The position numbers and the translations under genes were made by a program. This document shows positions 42,885 through 51,268 of a stretch of DNA of 64,000 nt, in pieces. Under the pieces are notes generated by a model. It had not been told where the DNA came from, did not search any database, and saw nothing but the letters and a program-made list of their open reading frames with translations. Every line of letters begins with the position of its first letter. Position 1 is the stretch's first letter. The stretch spans positions 10,668 through 74,667 of the forward strand of contig CAYLKH010000001.1 in assembly GCA_964384255.1 (NCBI GenBank), given 5' to 3'. Source of the DNA: an uncultured Oscillospiraceae bacterium. GTDB taxonomy: Bacteria; Bacillota; Clostridia; Oscillospirales; Oscillospiraceae.

Positions 42885-42930
42885 AAAAACCGGCTGTGGT
42901 TGAGCTGATGCTCAGTCACAGCCGGTTTTT
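42885..42930. terminator. Bidirectional terminator between convergent genes
   Basis: AAAAACCGGCTGTG (18-nt loop) CACAGCCGGTTTTT. Confidence 0.7.
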
Positions 42931-44322
42931 TTATTCTCCCTGGCGGGTCAGGTTTTTCAGCCATTTATACCGGTTGCATACGATGAAGTTGGGTATGCAT
43001 TTCAAAACCTGGTCAAGCTTCAAAATGCAAAATACTGCCACAGGCGGCGCATTGAAAATAAAGGCCGCGGCAGCCGCGCCGGGGATGGTGAACAGCCACA
43101 TAAACAGGTTGTCGATTATGGCCTGATATTTGGGGTTTCCGCCGCCGGCTATAATGCCGCCCTCCACAGGATATTCATAGCAGGAGCCTATTGAGCTGAC
43201 GCTCAGCACCACAAGAAAATCCATAGCCATCAGCTTGGCTTCCTCTGACACGGAATAGAACGAAACTATTGCCTCGCGGCAAAGGAACATGGCCGCTCCG
43301 GAAACAAGCCCGATACACAGAAAGATGAATTGCAGCGTCCGGGAATAGGGGCGAACATCCTCCATCCGGCCTTCGCCTACGGTTTTGCCGATAGTGACCG
43401 ATGAAGCGCTGGCGCAGGACATGCCTACCACAACAAAAATCTGAAAAATGACCGAAGCGATGCTGTTGGCGGCAATGACCGTTGCATTAAGGTGGCCCAG
43501 TATCGCGGTCTGCGCTCCCTGAGAAACGCCCCACAGGGCGCCGGACACCATGACCGGCAGCGCAGCAGAAGCAAAGTCCTTCAGGTATCCAAAATCGATA
43601 CCGAAAATATGGCGGAGCCTGAGCTTAAGCTTTTTGTCAATAAAAAGGACGTAGATAAGGATTATGGCCAGCTCTACTATCCGGCTGGTAAGGGTGGCTA
43701 TGGCCGCGCCCCTTATGCCCAGCTGCGGGAAACCGAAGTTGCCATAGATCAGGCAATAGTTAAGGCAGACGTTGATAAATATGGTGGACACCGACATGAC
43801 CGTTCCGATAAAGGCTGTTTCAACGCTTTGGAGAGAATACATCAGGGTATTGGCTACGGCAAAAACGATGTAGGTCCAGCACATGATCTCCAGATATTTA
43901 ACAGCTTCGGCAATGACCGCCTCGTCGGCGGTGAAAAGCCCAACCACCGCTTCGGGAGCCAGCCGGGTGACCAGCAGAAAGATCAGGCCGATGACCAGGG
44001 CGAATTTAATGCCTACGGAGACGATGCGGCGGATAGGCTCGACCTGGCGCTTGCCCCAGTATTGGCTGCCCAAAACCGAAACCCCCAGACCGATTCCGTG
44101 GACCACCGACTGTAGAACAAACTGGATCTGGTTTACCAGAGTGGCTCCGGACAGAGCCAGCTCGGTATAGCGCCCAAGCATGATGTTGTCTGCCAGATTA
44201 ACGGTCAGAGATGCCAGCTGCTGGAGGGATATTACCAGCAGCAGGGGAAAAAAGGTTTTATATAGCCGCCTGTCCCGGGAAAAGAAGGGGCTTTCTGCAA
44301 CTTGTGATACCATGGTGTTCAC
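42931..44322 (-). CDS. MATE family efflux transporter (3 of 4)
   Basis: 463 aa, 12 TM, FFPLLLVISLQQLASLTVNLADNIMLGRY. Confidence 0.88.
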   Translation of the reverse strand: MNTMVSQVAESPFFSRDRRLYKTFFPLLLVISLQQLASLTVNLADNIMLGRYTELALSGATLVNQIQFVLQSVVHGIGLGVSVLGSQYWGKRQVEPIRRIVSVGIKFALVIGLIFLLVTRLAPEAVVGLFTADEAVIAEAVKYLEIMCWTYIVFAVANTLMYSLQSVETAFIGTVMSVSTIFINVCLNYCLIYGNFGFPQLGIRGAAIATLTSRIVELAIILIYVLFIDKKLKLRLRHIFGIDFGYLKDFASAALPVMVSGALWGVSQGAQTAILGHLNATVIAANSIASVIFQIFVVVGMSCASASSVTIGKTVGEGRMEDVRPYSRTLQFIFLCIGLVSGAAMFLCREAIVSFYSVSEEAKLMAMDFLVVLSVSSIGSCYEYPVEGGIIAGGGNPKYQAIIDNLFMWLFTIPGAAAAAFIFNAPPVAVFCILKLDQVLKCIPNFIVCNRYKWLKNLTRQGE

Positions 44323-44413
44323 CTTTCAGATTGTACTCGTTTTGCCGATCTCTGCGGCAAGCCGGTTGATTTTATCATTTATGTCAGCTATCGTCAAGGC
44401 TTTGTGAACCCTA

Positions 44414-44442
44414 TTGACTTAAGCTTAAGTATGCGTTATCAT
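44414..44442 (+). promoter_or_regulatory. Candidate promoter for the fourth MATE gene
   Basis: TTGACT, 17 nt, TATCAT. Confidence 0.45.
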
Positions 44443-44493
44443 TAACATATTAATAATTAGTACACTAAACTTTATGTATGCAAGGAAGGAATC

Positions 44494-45858
44494 ATGAAAA
44501 AAGAGAATAACATTATCCAGGACCTTACCTCGGGGAGCGTGACCAGGCTGCTTCTCGTATTCGCGTTCCCGATGCTGATGTCAAACCTGCTGCAAACGGT
44601 TTATAACATGGTCGATATGATAGTTATTGGCCAGTTTGTGGGCAGTGTCGGACTGTCGGCGGTATCTATCGGCGCCGATGTGCTTCACTTTCTGACCTTT
44701 GTGGGCATGGGCTTTGCCAATGCCGGTCAGGTCGTGCTGTCCCAGAATATCGGCGCAGGCAACAAAGACCGTATCCGGGGGACCATAGGCACCATGTTCA
44801 CCCTGATACTGGGCGTGTCCATCGTTATCAGCGTGGCCTGCCTGTTCTTTATCGACCCTATTCTGGAAGCCATGAACACTCCTCAGGAGGCGTTTGAGTA
44901 TGCCCGGCAGTATGGCATAACCTGTATGGCGGGCCTGTTCTTCATTTATGGCTACAATATGGTCAGCGCTATCCTCCGGGGCATGGGCGACTCAAAGCAC
45001 CCATTTATCATCATCGCCGTGGCGGCTGTTATCAACCTGGTGCTCGACCTGCTGTTTGTTGCCGGTTTTGGGATGGGTCCCTTTGGCGCTGCCCTGGCTA
45101 CCGTCATCGGTCAGGCAGTGAGCTTTATCTGGGCGGTCATCTTCCTTTACAGAAACCGGGAATCCTTTGGATTTGACTTCAAGCCCAGAAGCTTTATCCC
45201 CGACAGGGACGTTCTGCCGGGCTATGTAAAGCTGGCTCTGCCCATGTGCCTCCAATCCGCAGCTATCCATTTTTCGATGCTGTTTGTCAATTCCTATATC
45301 AATTCTTATGGCGTTGTGGCCTCTGCCGTTACCGGCATCGGCAACAAGCTGGGTTCCATCACCGCCGTGGTCACCAACGCTCTGTCCACCGCCGGAAGCT
45401 CCATGGTGGGCCAGAATCTGGGCGCGGGAAAGTACCACCGGGTCCCCAGGATCATCGGCGTGTCCATGGTGGCGGATCTGGCCTTTGCAGCCATATTGTC
45501 TGCCCTGACCATATTCTTCCCCAGAGCCATTTTTGGCATCTTCAATTCCGACCCCGAGGTTTTGGAAATGGCGATGACCTATATCCCCGTGGCTGTGCTG
45601 CTGTATCTGGGATTCGCCCTCAGGTCGCCCTTCTTCGCCCTTATTAACGGCTCCGGCAACGCAAAGCTTAACCTTTGCGTCGGACTGCTGGACGGCGTGG
45701 TTTGCCGTATCGGTCTGGCGATACTGCTGGGCGTTACCCTTGGAATGGGTATCAACGGCTTCTGGTATGGAAACGCCCTTGCGGGATATATGCCCTTTGT
45801 TATCGGCGGCGTGTTTTACGCCAGCGGAAAATGGAAAAAAGCAAAGGCTGTTGATTAA
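44494..45858 (+). CDS. MATE family efflux transporter (4 of 4)
   Basis: 454 aa, 12 TM, LLVFAFPMLMSNLLQTVYNMVDMIVIGQFVG. Confidence 0.9.
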   Translation: MKKENNIIQDLTSGSVTRLLLVFAFPMLMSNLLQTVYNMVDMIVIGQFVGSVGLSAVSIGADVLHFLTFVGMGFANAGQVVLSQNIGAGNKDRIRGTIGTMFTLILGVSIVISVACLFFIDPILEAMNTPQEAFEYARQYGITCMAGLFFIYGYNMVSAILRGMGDSKHPFIIIAVAAVINLVLDLLFVAGFGMGPFGAALATVIGQAVSFIWAVIFLYRNRESFGFDFKPRSFIPDRDVLPGYVKLALPMCLQSAAIHFSMLFVNSYINSYGVVASAVTGIGNKLGSITAVVTNALSTAGSSMVGQNLGAGKYHRVPRIIGVSMVADLAFAAILSALTIFFPRAIFGIFNSDPEVLEMAMTYIPVAVLLYLGFALRSPFFALINGSGNAKLNLCVGLLDGVVCRIGLAILLGVTLGMGINGFWYGNALAGYMPFVIGGVFYASGKWKKAKAVD

Positions 45859-45860
45859 TA

Positions 45861-45894
45861 AAAATCGCCGCGACAAATCGTCGCGGCGATTTTT
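45861..45894 (+). terminator. Intrinsic terminator after the MATE gene
   Basis: AAAATCGCCGCGAC aaatc GTCGCGGCGATTTT followed by T. Confidence 0.7.
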
Positions 45895-45898
45895 ATCC

Positions 45899-45933
45899 CG
45901 TGTCAAAATAGTCCATCGGACTATTTTGACACG
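45899..45933. repeat. Conserved GTGTCAAAATAGTCC hairpin, copy H4
   Basis: CGTGTCAAAATAGTCC atc GGACTATTTTGACACG, a 16-bp perfect stem directly after the terminator hairpin. Confidence 0.75.
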
Positions 45934-45953
45934 CTTTAAACACGATAAAAAAA

Positions 45954-46736
45954 CTAATCGAAGCTGCGGGAGAACACGACTCCGTCCTTTTGCATAAGCA
46001 CGTCCAGCCGGACCCGGTCGCCCCGAATAACGGAGCGGGTGAATTCAAAGACCTCGCCCCCTTCGGTGGCGCAGCGACGCTGATGGTAAAAGCCGAAATT
46101 GCAGCGCCTGCACTGCAAAAGCTCCACATCCTCCCGGCTCAGGCGGATGACCTCGTAGGTGTCTTCGGCAGTCCCCGGGACAATGCCTGCGTCAAACAGC
46201 AGAGAATACATGGAGTTTTCCTCGACCTGTTCTCTGGTCAGCCCGGGATAGATGTATTCCGGGTAATAGGATGTCTCCAGCATCAGGGGTTCGCCGTTGA
46301 CCCGGCGGATACGGGTAAATTTATAAACCTTTATGTCCGCCCGGGCCAGCTCCAGCTTACCGGCAATATCCAGCGCGGGGGTTATGAGTTCAAAGGAAAT
46401 CAGGGTGGAAGAGGGGGTCTTGCCCATGGCCGTTACCTCGGAGGTGAAGGACCATATGTTTTCCACCCTTCGGGTCAGAGCAGGCTCGGCCACAAAGGTC
46501 CCCCGTCCTCTTTTTCGGACAATAAGACCTTCTTCCTCCAGCGCGCCCATAGCCCGACGGACAGTGGAACGGCTTATGCCAAAAAATTCAATCATTTCCG
46601 CCTCGGATGGCAAAAGGTCGCCTGCTGCCAGCAGACCGGAGGAGATGCTGCGCTTGATTACGTTAATAAGCTGGGAATACAGGGGGATGTTCCCGTCGTC
46701 GGTCAGACGGGTTTTGAAGATCGGGTTTAACTCCAT
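45954..46736 (-). CDS. GntR-family transcriptional regulator, HutC/UTRA subfamily
   Basis: IPLYSQLINVIKRSISSGLLAAGDLLPSEAEMIEFFGISRSTVRRAMGALEEEGLIVRKRGRGTFV winged helix, followed by a UTRA-like effector domain. Confidence 0.88.
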   Translation of the reverse strand: MELNPIFKTRLTDDGNIPLYSQLINVIKRSISSGLLAAGDLLPSEAEMIEFFGISRSTVRRAMGALEEEGLIVRKRGRGTFVAEPALTRRVENIWSFTSEVTAMGKTPSSTLISFELITPALDIAGKLELARADIKVYKFTRIRRVNGEPLMLETSYYPEYIYPGLTREQVEENSMYSLLFDAGIVPGTAEDTYEVIRLSREDVELLQCRRCNFGFYHQRRCATEGGEVFEFTRSVIRGDRVRLDVLMQKDGVVFSRSFD

Positions 46737-46759
46737 GGATACCTCCGGAATGTGCTGAC

Positions 46760-47998
46760 TTAAGATGGGCTGCCTGAGTCCTCGCCGCCGGGAAGCAACG
46801 GGGCGGCCATAGGGTCAAGCTGGGTCAGACTGTGCTGAAAAACCGCGTCGCACCGCTTAAGGCTTGCCCGGAGCTTCCGGGTGACTGACAAAACAGTTTT
46901 CAGCCCGTCTTCCCGGCTCGTTTCGGGCAAAAGGATAAGATACTGCCTCATGCTGTATTGGGTGTATGCGCAGTTGATGGGCAAAAGGTTGCCAAGCCCT
47001 TTTTTGACAGTGTCCATGACCCGCTTTGTGGGCTGGTCGCCGTCGGCGGTAGAGACTGTCAGCAACGCCAGCTGGGCCGCCGAATTGGGGTCAAGGCTTT
47101 CGCGGATCTTGAAATGAAGGATGTCGATAAAAACGGTCAGCCCGCAGAACATGGCTCCCTCAGGGCGGGATATCCCCGGCAGCGAACGAAGAACAAGGTT
47201 GACATCTCCTTCAAAGCTGCGTATGTCGGCGCATATGTCTTTATAAAGGCTCATCAGCTGCTCTGACGGGACCTTGCCATAATGGATATACCAGGATTCG
47301 CAGATGGACCGATAATATGCCAGAGCCTTTTCCTGCTGACCGGTTCGTGAAAGGGCGCGGATATACAGCACGTGGAGAGTTTCGACAGTGACCCCCAGCT
47401 TGAGGGCAGGCTCGACCAGGGCCAAAAGCTGGTCATAGCGCCCCACAGAGTCGAGAATGTTTGCACAGTTGAGACAAAATTCCGTAAAACGGAGATGGAA
47501 GCTTTCGTTAAGGGATGCAGCCCAGGGATAAGCCGTGGATTCCGGCAGAAACCGGCCCTTATACAGGTTGATGGCCTCTATGGACCAGTTGACCAGGGAT
47601 TCTCCGGTTTTTCTGATGGCTTCGAGATACATCCGGTCGAAGCTCTCGCAGTCGACCACGGTGGGGATGCTGCTGTTCCATCGGTATGTACCCTGCTGAT
47701 TAATAATAATATCCTTGCCGGTGTATACGCCCAGTCTGTCAAGCTCGGCCCTTGCCCGGTGGACCAGAATTTTCAGGGCGTTGGCGGACGAATCTCCCGA
47801 TTCATCGGGCCAGAATACATGGCAAAGCTCCGCCACGGTCAGGGCCCGGTCCCGGTTGATTACAAGGTATTGAATAAATGGGAACAGCTTTTTGCTTCGG
47901 CCACCGGCCCGCACAACGCCGCAGCTTTCCTCCGGCGCGTTCACGACGGATATGGTAAATTCGCCAAATGTGGTCACGCGTAAAGCATATGGCTCCAT
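46760..47998 (-). CDS. SARP-like regulator: OmpR-type winged helix + BTAD domain fused to a degenerate GGDEF-like domain
   Basis: LRVTTFGEFTISV...KKLFPFIQYLVINRDRALTVAELCHVFWPDE...ILVHRARAEL (wHTH), then a helical BTAD (LYIRALSRTGQQEKALAYYRSI). The C-terminus GLTVFIDILHFKIRE...TQYSMRQYLILLPETSRED aligns to GGDEF domains with SMRQY in place of GGDEF. ATG 47998 follows GGGAGG. Confidence 0.72.
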   Translation of the reverse strand: MEPYALRVTTFGEFTISVVNAPEESCGVVRAGGRSKKLFPFIQYLVINRDRALTVAELCHVFWPDESGDSSANALKILVHRARAELDRLGVYTGKDIIINQQGTYRWNSSIPTVVDCESFDRMYLEAIRKTGESLVNWSIEAINLYKGRFLPESTAYPWAASLNESFHLRFTEFCLNCANILDSVGRYDQLLALVEPALKLGVTVETLHVLYIRALSRTGQQEKALAYYRSICESWYIHYGKVPSEQLMSLYKDICADIRSFEGDVNLVLRSLPGISRPEGAMFCGLTVFIDILHFKIRESLDPNSAAQLALLTVSTADGDQPTKRVMDTVKKGLGNLLPINCAYTQYSMRQYLILLPETSREDGLKTVLSVTRKLRASLKRCDAVFQHSLTQLDPMAAPLLPGGEDSGSPS

Positions 47999-48105
47999 CT
48001 GAAATAACCTCCCGGGGCGGATCAACAGCTGGCCAGTGCCGCTCAGCGCCGCCAATCATTCGATACAAAGTTCGCAGTATGAAGACAAAGGTCTTCGATA
48101 CGGCA

Positions 48106-48134
48106 ATTATATGTCAAAATTTACATATTTTCAA
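48106..48134 (-). promoter_or_regulatory. Candidate promoter for the SARP-like / GntR unit
   Basis: On the minus strand: TTGAAA, 17 nt, TATAAT. The palindrome GAAGAC aaag GTCTTC (48081-48096) lies downstream. Confidence 0.5.
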
Positions 48135-48162
48135 TACGCATTTTCGATTTAATGTGAAAAAA

Positions 48163-48196
48163 TTGGAGCCATAAAGCAAAAACTTTATGGCTCCAA
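48163..48196 (-). terminator. Intrinsic terminator of beta-helix gene P2
   Basis: TTGGAGCCATAAAG caaaaa CTTTATGGCTCCAA, followed on the minus strand by TTTTTTCAC. Confidence 0.68.
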
Positions 48197-48204
48197 AAGG
48201 AGGA

Positions 48205-49890
48205 TCAGTGATTTCTGGGCATGAAGTGAGCGCCGCCCATAACGGGAGTGTCTTCGGACAGGGCGCTGCCTTCGCCGGTGAAGCTTACGGTACACCAGCC
48301 GCCGGGAGAATCGGGTACACGGCCGGGGCCGCGAAGTCCCGCAGGAACGGCATCACCGGTGAGGGTGCCGATACCGGCATCACTGGTATAGGTCATCTGA
48401 GCGCCGTTGACAAGCTCGAGATCAAGGCCGTCGAACTTGCCCACAGCGATGGTGTTGTCCAGAATGACCTTGAATTTGCAGCCACGCTGCAATCCCATAT
48501 CGCCGAAAATGACGGAGTTTTTGATGGTCAGGGTGCATTCGCCGATTTCACCGGGGCGCTCCTCGCCATTGATGCAAACCGCCAGAGCCTGACCGTTGGG
48601 GACGATTAGGTTGCAGTGGTCGAGGACGATATCGCAGTAGCCGCCGTCGACTATGATGGCGCTGCCTTCGGTGGCGACCAGAGTGGTGTCCTTCGCTTCG
48701 AACAGAGCCTTGTTGCCAACGCGGAAACGGACGCGCAGAGCGTTCTTGCCCTTGACAACGCAGTCGTCCAGCTTAATGTGGCCGTCGTTGCAGATGATGG
48801 CGCCTTCGTCGTTAACGGCTTCGAAGTAGCTTTTGCTGAAAACCACGTTGCTGCCGCCGTCGCAGTAGATACCGGCAGAAGCGGGGCCATAGCTGACAGC
48901 GATGGACTTGCTGCCGTCGATATCGGCACCGGGGTTGTCGGTAGCTACGACAGAGCCGTTGTTGCCGGATGTGGTCATATAGGTGTTGTCCACATGGATG
49001 GTGCCGAAGCTGGTGTTGTAAACGCCGTGGCCGAAGCTGGCATCGGAGCGGACGATACAGCCGTCAAGGTCGGCATGACCCTTAAATACAGTAAATACGC
49101 CGTGAGCTGCGTCCAGCTTTTTGTCGCCGGCAACACAGTTGGCAAACATACAGGTGTTTTTCAGGCTGATTTTTGAGCCTTCGCCGGTGGCCAGAACAAC
49201 AGAGTTGACGCCGTTGCTCATGCCGGGACCCGTAAGGCCTTCGGGCTTTTTGTAAGCGCCGTCCACCTTGTCCAGCATACAGCCTTCTACAAATATCTCC
49301 TTACCGCCGCCTTCAAAAATGACGGATTCGTTTTCGGCGGTGGACTGGATGTAGGAATCCTTAACAGTGCGCCCGGAGATATCGCCGCCGTAGACCTTTT
49401 CGTCAATAAGCTTCAGACCGTCCCCATCGCCATAAACGGTGGAAGTAAGAACAGCCATATAAGCTTCGGGCATTTCGGTGGGCAGGGGAGGCATTTCCAT
49501 AGGCTCGCCGCCGGGCATTCCACCGGGCATTCCGCCACCGGGACCGCCGGGACCACCGGGTCCGCCTGCTGCCTTGGCAGCTTCGGCCCGCTGACGCTGC
49601 TGCTCGGCATAGGTTTCCAGAATGGTGTCATCGGGGCCGTTGGGGAGCTTGGCTTCGGGAGCCTCGGGATATCCGCAGATGTTGGGGATGCCTTCGGGCT
49701 TCTGCATTTCGCCGCCACCACCAGGACCGCCAGGACCGCCAGGACCACCGGGCATTCCGCCACCGGGACCACCGGGACCACCGGGCATTCCGCCACCGGG
49801 ACCGCCGGGACCACCGGGCATTCCGCCGCCGGGACCGCCGGGACCACCGGGTCCGCCGCCGCCAAACATACTCAGTTCAGACAGTTTCAT
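48205..49890 (-). CDS. Beta-helix family protein, paralogue P2, with two Gly/Pro/Met cassettes at the N-terminus
   Basis: MKLSELSMFGGGG-(PGGPGGPGGGM)x3..., a helical AEQQRQRAEAAKAA spacer, a second GGPGGPGGPGGGMPGGMPGGEPMEMPP cassette, then rungs such as LKNTCMFANC, LDGCIVRS, LDDCVVKG, LDHCNLIV. ATG 49890 is 8 nt after GGAGG. No signal peptide. Confidence 0.8.
   Translation of the reverse strand: MKLSELSMFGGGGPGGPGGPGGGMPGGPGGPGGGMPGGPGGPGGGMPGGPGGPGGPGGGGEMQKPEGIPNICGYPEAPEAKLPNGPDDTILETYAEQQRQRAEAAKAAGGPGGPGGPGGGMPGGMPGGEPMEMPPLPTEMPEAYMAVLTSTVYGDGDGLKLIDEKVYGGDISGRTVKDSYIQSTAENESVIFEGGGKEIFVEGCMLDKVDGAYKKPEGLTGPGMSNGVNSVVLATGEGSKISLKNTCMFANCVAGDKKLDAAHGVFTVFKGHADLDGCIVRSDASFGHGVYNTSFGTIHVDNTYMTTSGNNGSVVATDNPGADIDGSKSIAVSYGPASAGIYCDGGSNVVFSKSYFEAVNDEGAIICNDGHIKLDDCVVKGKNALRVRFRVGNKALFEAKDTTLVATEGSAIIVDGGYCDIVLDHCNLIVPNGQALAVCINGEERPGEIGECTLTIKNSVIFGDMGLQRGCKFKVILDNTIAVGKFDGLDLELVNGAQMTYTSDAGIGTLTGDAVPAGLRGPGRVPDSPGGWCTVSFTGEGSALSEDTPVMGGAHFMPRNH
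49507..49568. repeat. Gly/Pro/Met-coding low-complexity tract (second cassette of P2)
   Basis: Codes GGPGGPGGPGGGMPGGMPGG on the minus strand. Confidence 0.8.
49711..49866. repeat. Tandem 33-nt repeat x3 plus flanking GGP units (first cassette of P2)
   Basis: GGCATTCC recurs at 49751, 49784 and 49817, a 33-nt period equal to 11 codons (GGPGGPGGGMP). Confidence 0.88.
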
Positions 49891-49952
49891 ATTATTGACC
49901 TCCAATTCATTTCATTTTCTTCAAATCGCAGTTTACACAGATCGATGGAACA

Positions 49953-49981
49953 ATTATATTGCTAAATAATGGAATAGTCAA
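49953..49981 (-). promoter_or_regulatory. Near-consensus sigma-A promoter for P2
   Basis: On the minus strand: TTGACT (49981-49976), 17 nt, TATAAT (49958-49953). Confidence 0.55.
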
Positions 49982-50010
49982 TAATCAACGTGATAATTCC
50001 CGGGGCAAGC

Positions 50011-50045
50011 TCCGGTCCGGCCAGTGGTCATCCGGGTCCCGGCCC
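50011..50045. promoter_or_regulatory. GC-rich direct repeat in the P2 / MerR divergent region, candidate regulator-binding site
   Basis: TCCGGTCCGGCCAG (50011-) and TCCGGGTCCCGGCCCCAG (50031-), starts 20 nt apart, in otherwise AT-rich DNA and about 30 nt upstream of the P2 -35. The second unit contains the palindrome CCGGGTCCCGG. Confidence 0.3.
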
Positions 50046-50152
50046 CAGCTGCTGGCCGGAGGAAATTTGTGGATATTACGCTTTTTTTGCTTATATCTAT
50101 TGACATTACATCTGGTGTATATGCTAATCTAAAGCTGGAAAGGGGGATGACC

Positions 50153-51268
50153 ATGAAGATAAAAGAGGCAGCTGCCATCACCGGACTGGCGGAACGCACG
50201 ATCCGCTTTTATGAAGAAGAGGGGCTGTTTGAACCACGGAAAAAATATTCCAATGGCCGCTACTATCGGGATTATTCCGACGACGATATCCGGGACCTGA
50301 AAACTCTGGCGACACTGCGTCGGGCGGGATTTACCATGGATGAGATACGTCGGATGCAAAACGAAGACGATGTTATTGGCCCAATACTTACTGACCTTGG
50401 CCTGAGACTGGAACGCCAGAAGGGATCGGCCGAGGCTATGGCAAAAATAATCGGTTCTGTCACCGGCGCTGATAAGATGGACATCTACCAGCTTTCCGAC
50501 AGGATAACATCCGGTATCGAAACCGCTCACGCTCCGGATATCCAGCTCAGGTTTGGCAGGATGGACGGAGTGGACGACGCTCAGCGGGCTGCTGAATATG
50601 AGCGCTTCGCCAAAAGACGTGACCGAAAAAGGCCAAATATGGCTGCTGTGCTGGCGGTAATTTTTGGCGTTCTTGCGCTGCTGCTTTCTTTCGCGCTGGC
50701 ATATGTTATAATGGAGCAGCGATATACCGTTCCGCCCGCAGCGGGGCTTACGGCAGATTGGGAATATCGCGTTGACATGGAAGAGGGCAGCGGCCTGCTG
50801 GAGATATATGGCAAAAAGGATGGAGCGGAAAAGCTTATCTACAGCCAGGAGACTGCTTCGGCTTATGCGAACTTTAATTATTTCGTGGGCAGCAGCCACC
50901 TTTATATCTATCTTGAAGATCGCCTGTTTTCCCTCAATGCCGACGGCAGCGGCTATCACAGGATATATTCAAAAAGCGGCAGCACGGCGGTGATACTGGG
51001 AGAATTTGGCCAGAATCTGGTGTTTTATGGCCCCAGCGGCTATGGAAAAAGCCTTATGTACGTTCCTATTGAGGGCGGTCGGGTCAAAAAGCTGCTAAAC
51101 GGCATTAACGGTCAGGTCACGGTGACGAATGACACTGTGTTTGCTCTTGTGAGCGGCAGGGGATATTATGCCGTTGATTTATACAGCCTTGAAAAGCAGG
51201 CGCTGGGCCGCAGAGATCAACAATTGAACGATATTATCAACGACTATTTTCAGGAGGTCGAGCCATGA
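50153..51268 (+). CDS. Membrane-anchored MerR-family regulator with an extracytoplasmic beta-propeller-like (DUF5050-like) domain
   Basis: MKIKEAAAITGLAERTIRFYEEEGLFEP...YYRDYSDDDIRDLKTLATLRRAGFTMDEIRRM (MerR HTH plus start of the coiled coil), one TM (MAAVLAVIFGVLALLLSFALAYVIM), then ~190 aa with HLYIYLEDRLFSLNADGSGYHRIY-type repeats. ATG 50153 is 6 nt after GGGGG. Confidence 0.78.
   Translation: MKIKEAAAITGLAERTIRFYEEEGLFEPRKKYSNGRYYRDYSDDDIRDLKTLATLRRAGFTMDEIRRMQNEDDVIGPILTDLGLRLERQKGSAEAMAKIIGSVTGADKMDIYQLSDRITSGIETAHAPDIQLRFGRMDGVDDAQRAAEYERFAKRRDRKRPNMAAVLAVIFGVLALLLSFALAYVIMEQRYTVPPAAGLTADWEYRVDMEEGSGLLEIYGKKDGAEKLIYSQETASAYANFNYFVGSSHLYIYLEDRLFSLNADGSGYHRIYSKSGSTAVILGEFGQNLVFYGPSGYGKSLMYVPIEGGRVKKLLNGINGQVTVTNDTVFALVSGRGYYAVDLYSLEKQALGRRDQQLNDIINDYFQEVEP

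Noticed and set aside
48205-49890. P2 and its paralogues as secreted adhesins, S-layer proteins or autotransporter-like proteins.
   Set aside because: There is no signal peptide, lipobox, LPXTG, SLH or cell-wall-binding repeat, and the maximal ORFs leave no room for an upstream signal sequence. Non-classical export, or deposition as in spore-coat proteins, cannot be excluded. The promoters look sigma-A-like rather than sigma-E/K-like.
50100-50130. A MerR-type operator with a 19-bp-spacer promoter upstream of the MerR-like gene (TTGACA...TAATCT).
   Set aside because: The same sequence fits an ordinary 17-bp spacer (TTGACA-17-GCTAAT), and I see no convincing dyad between the elements. There is not enough evidence to call it.
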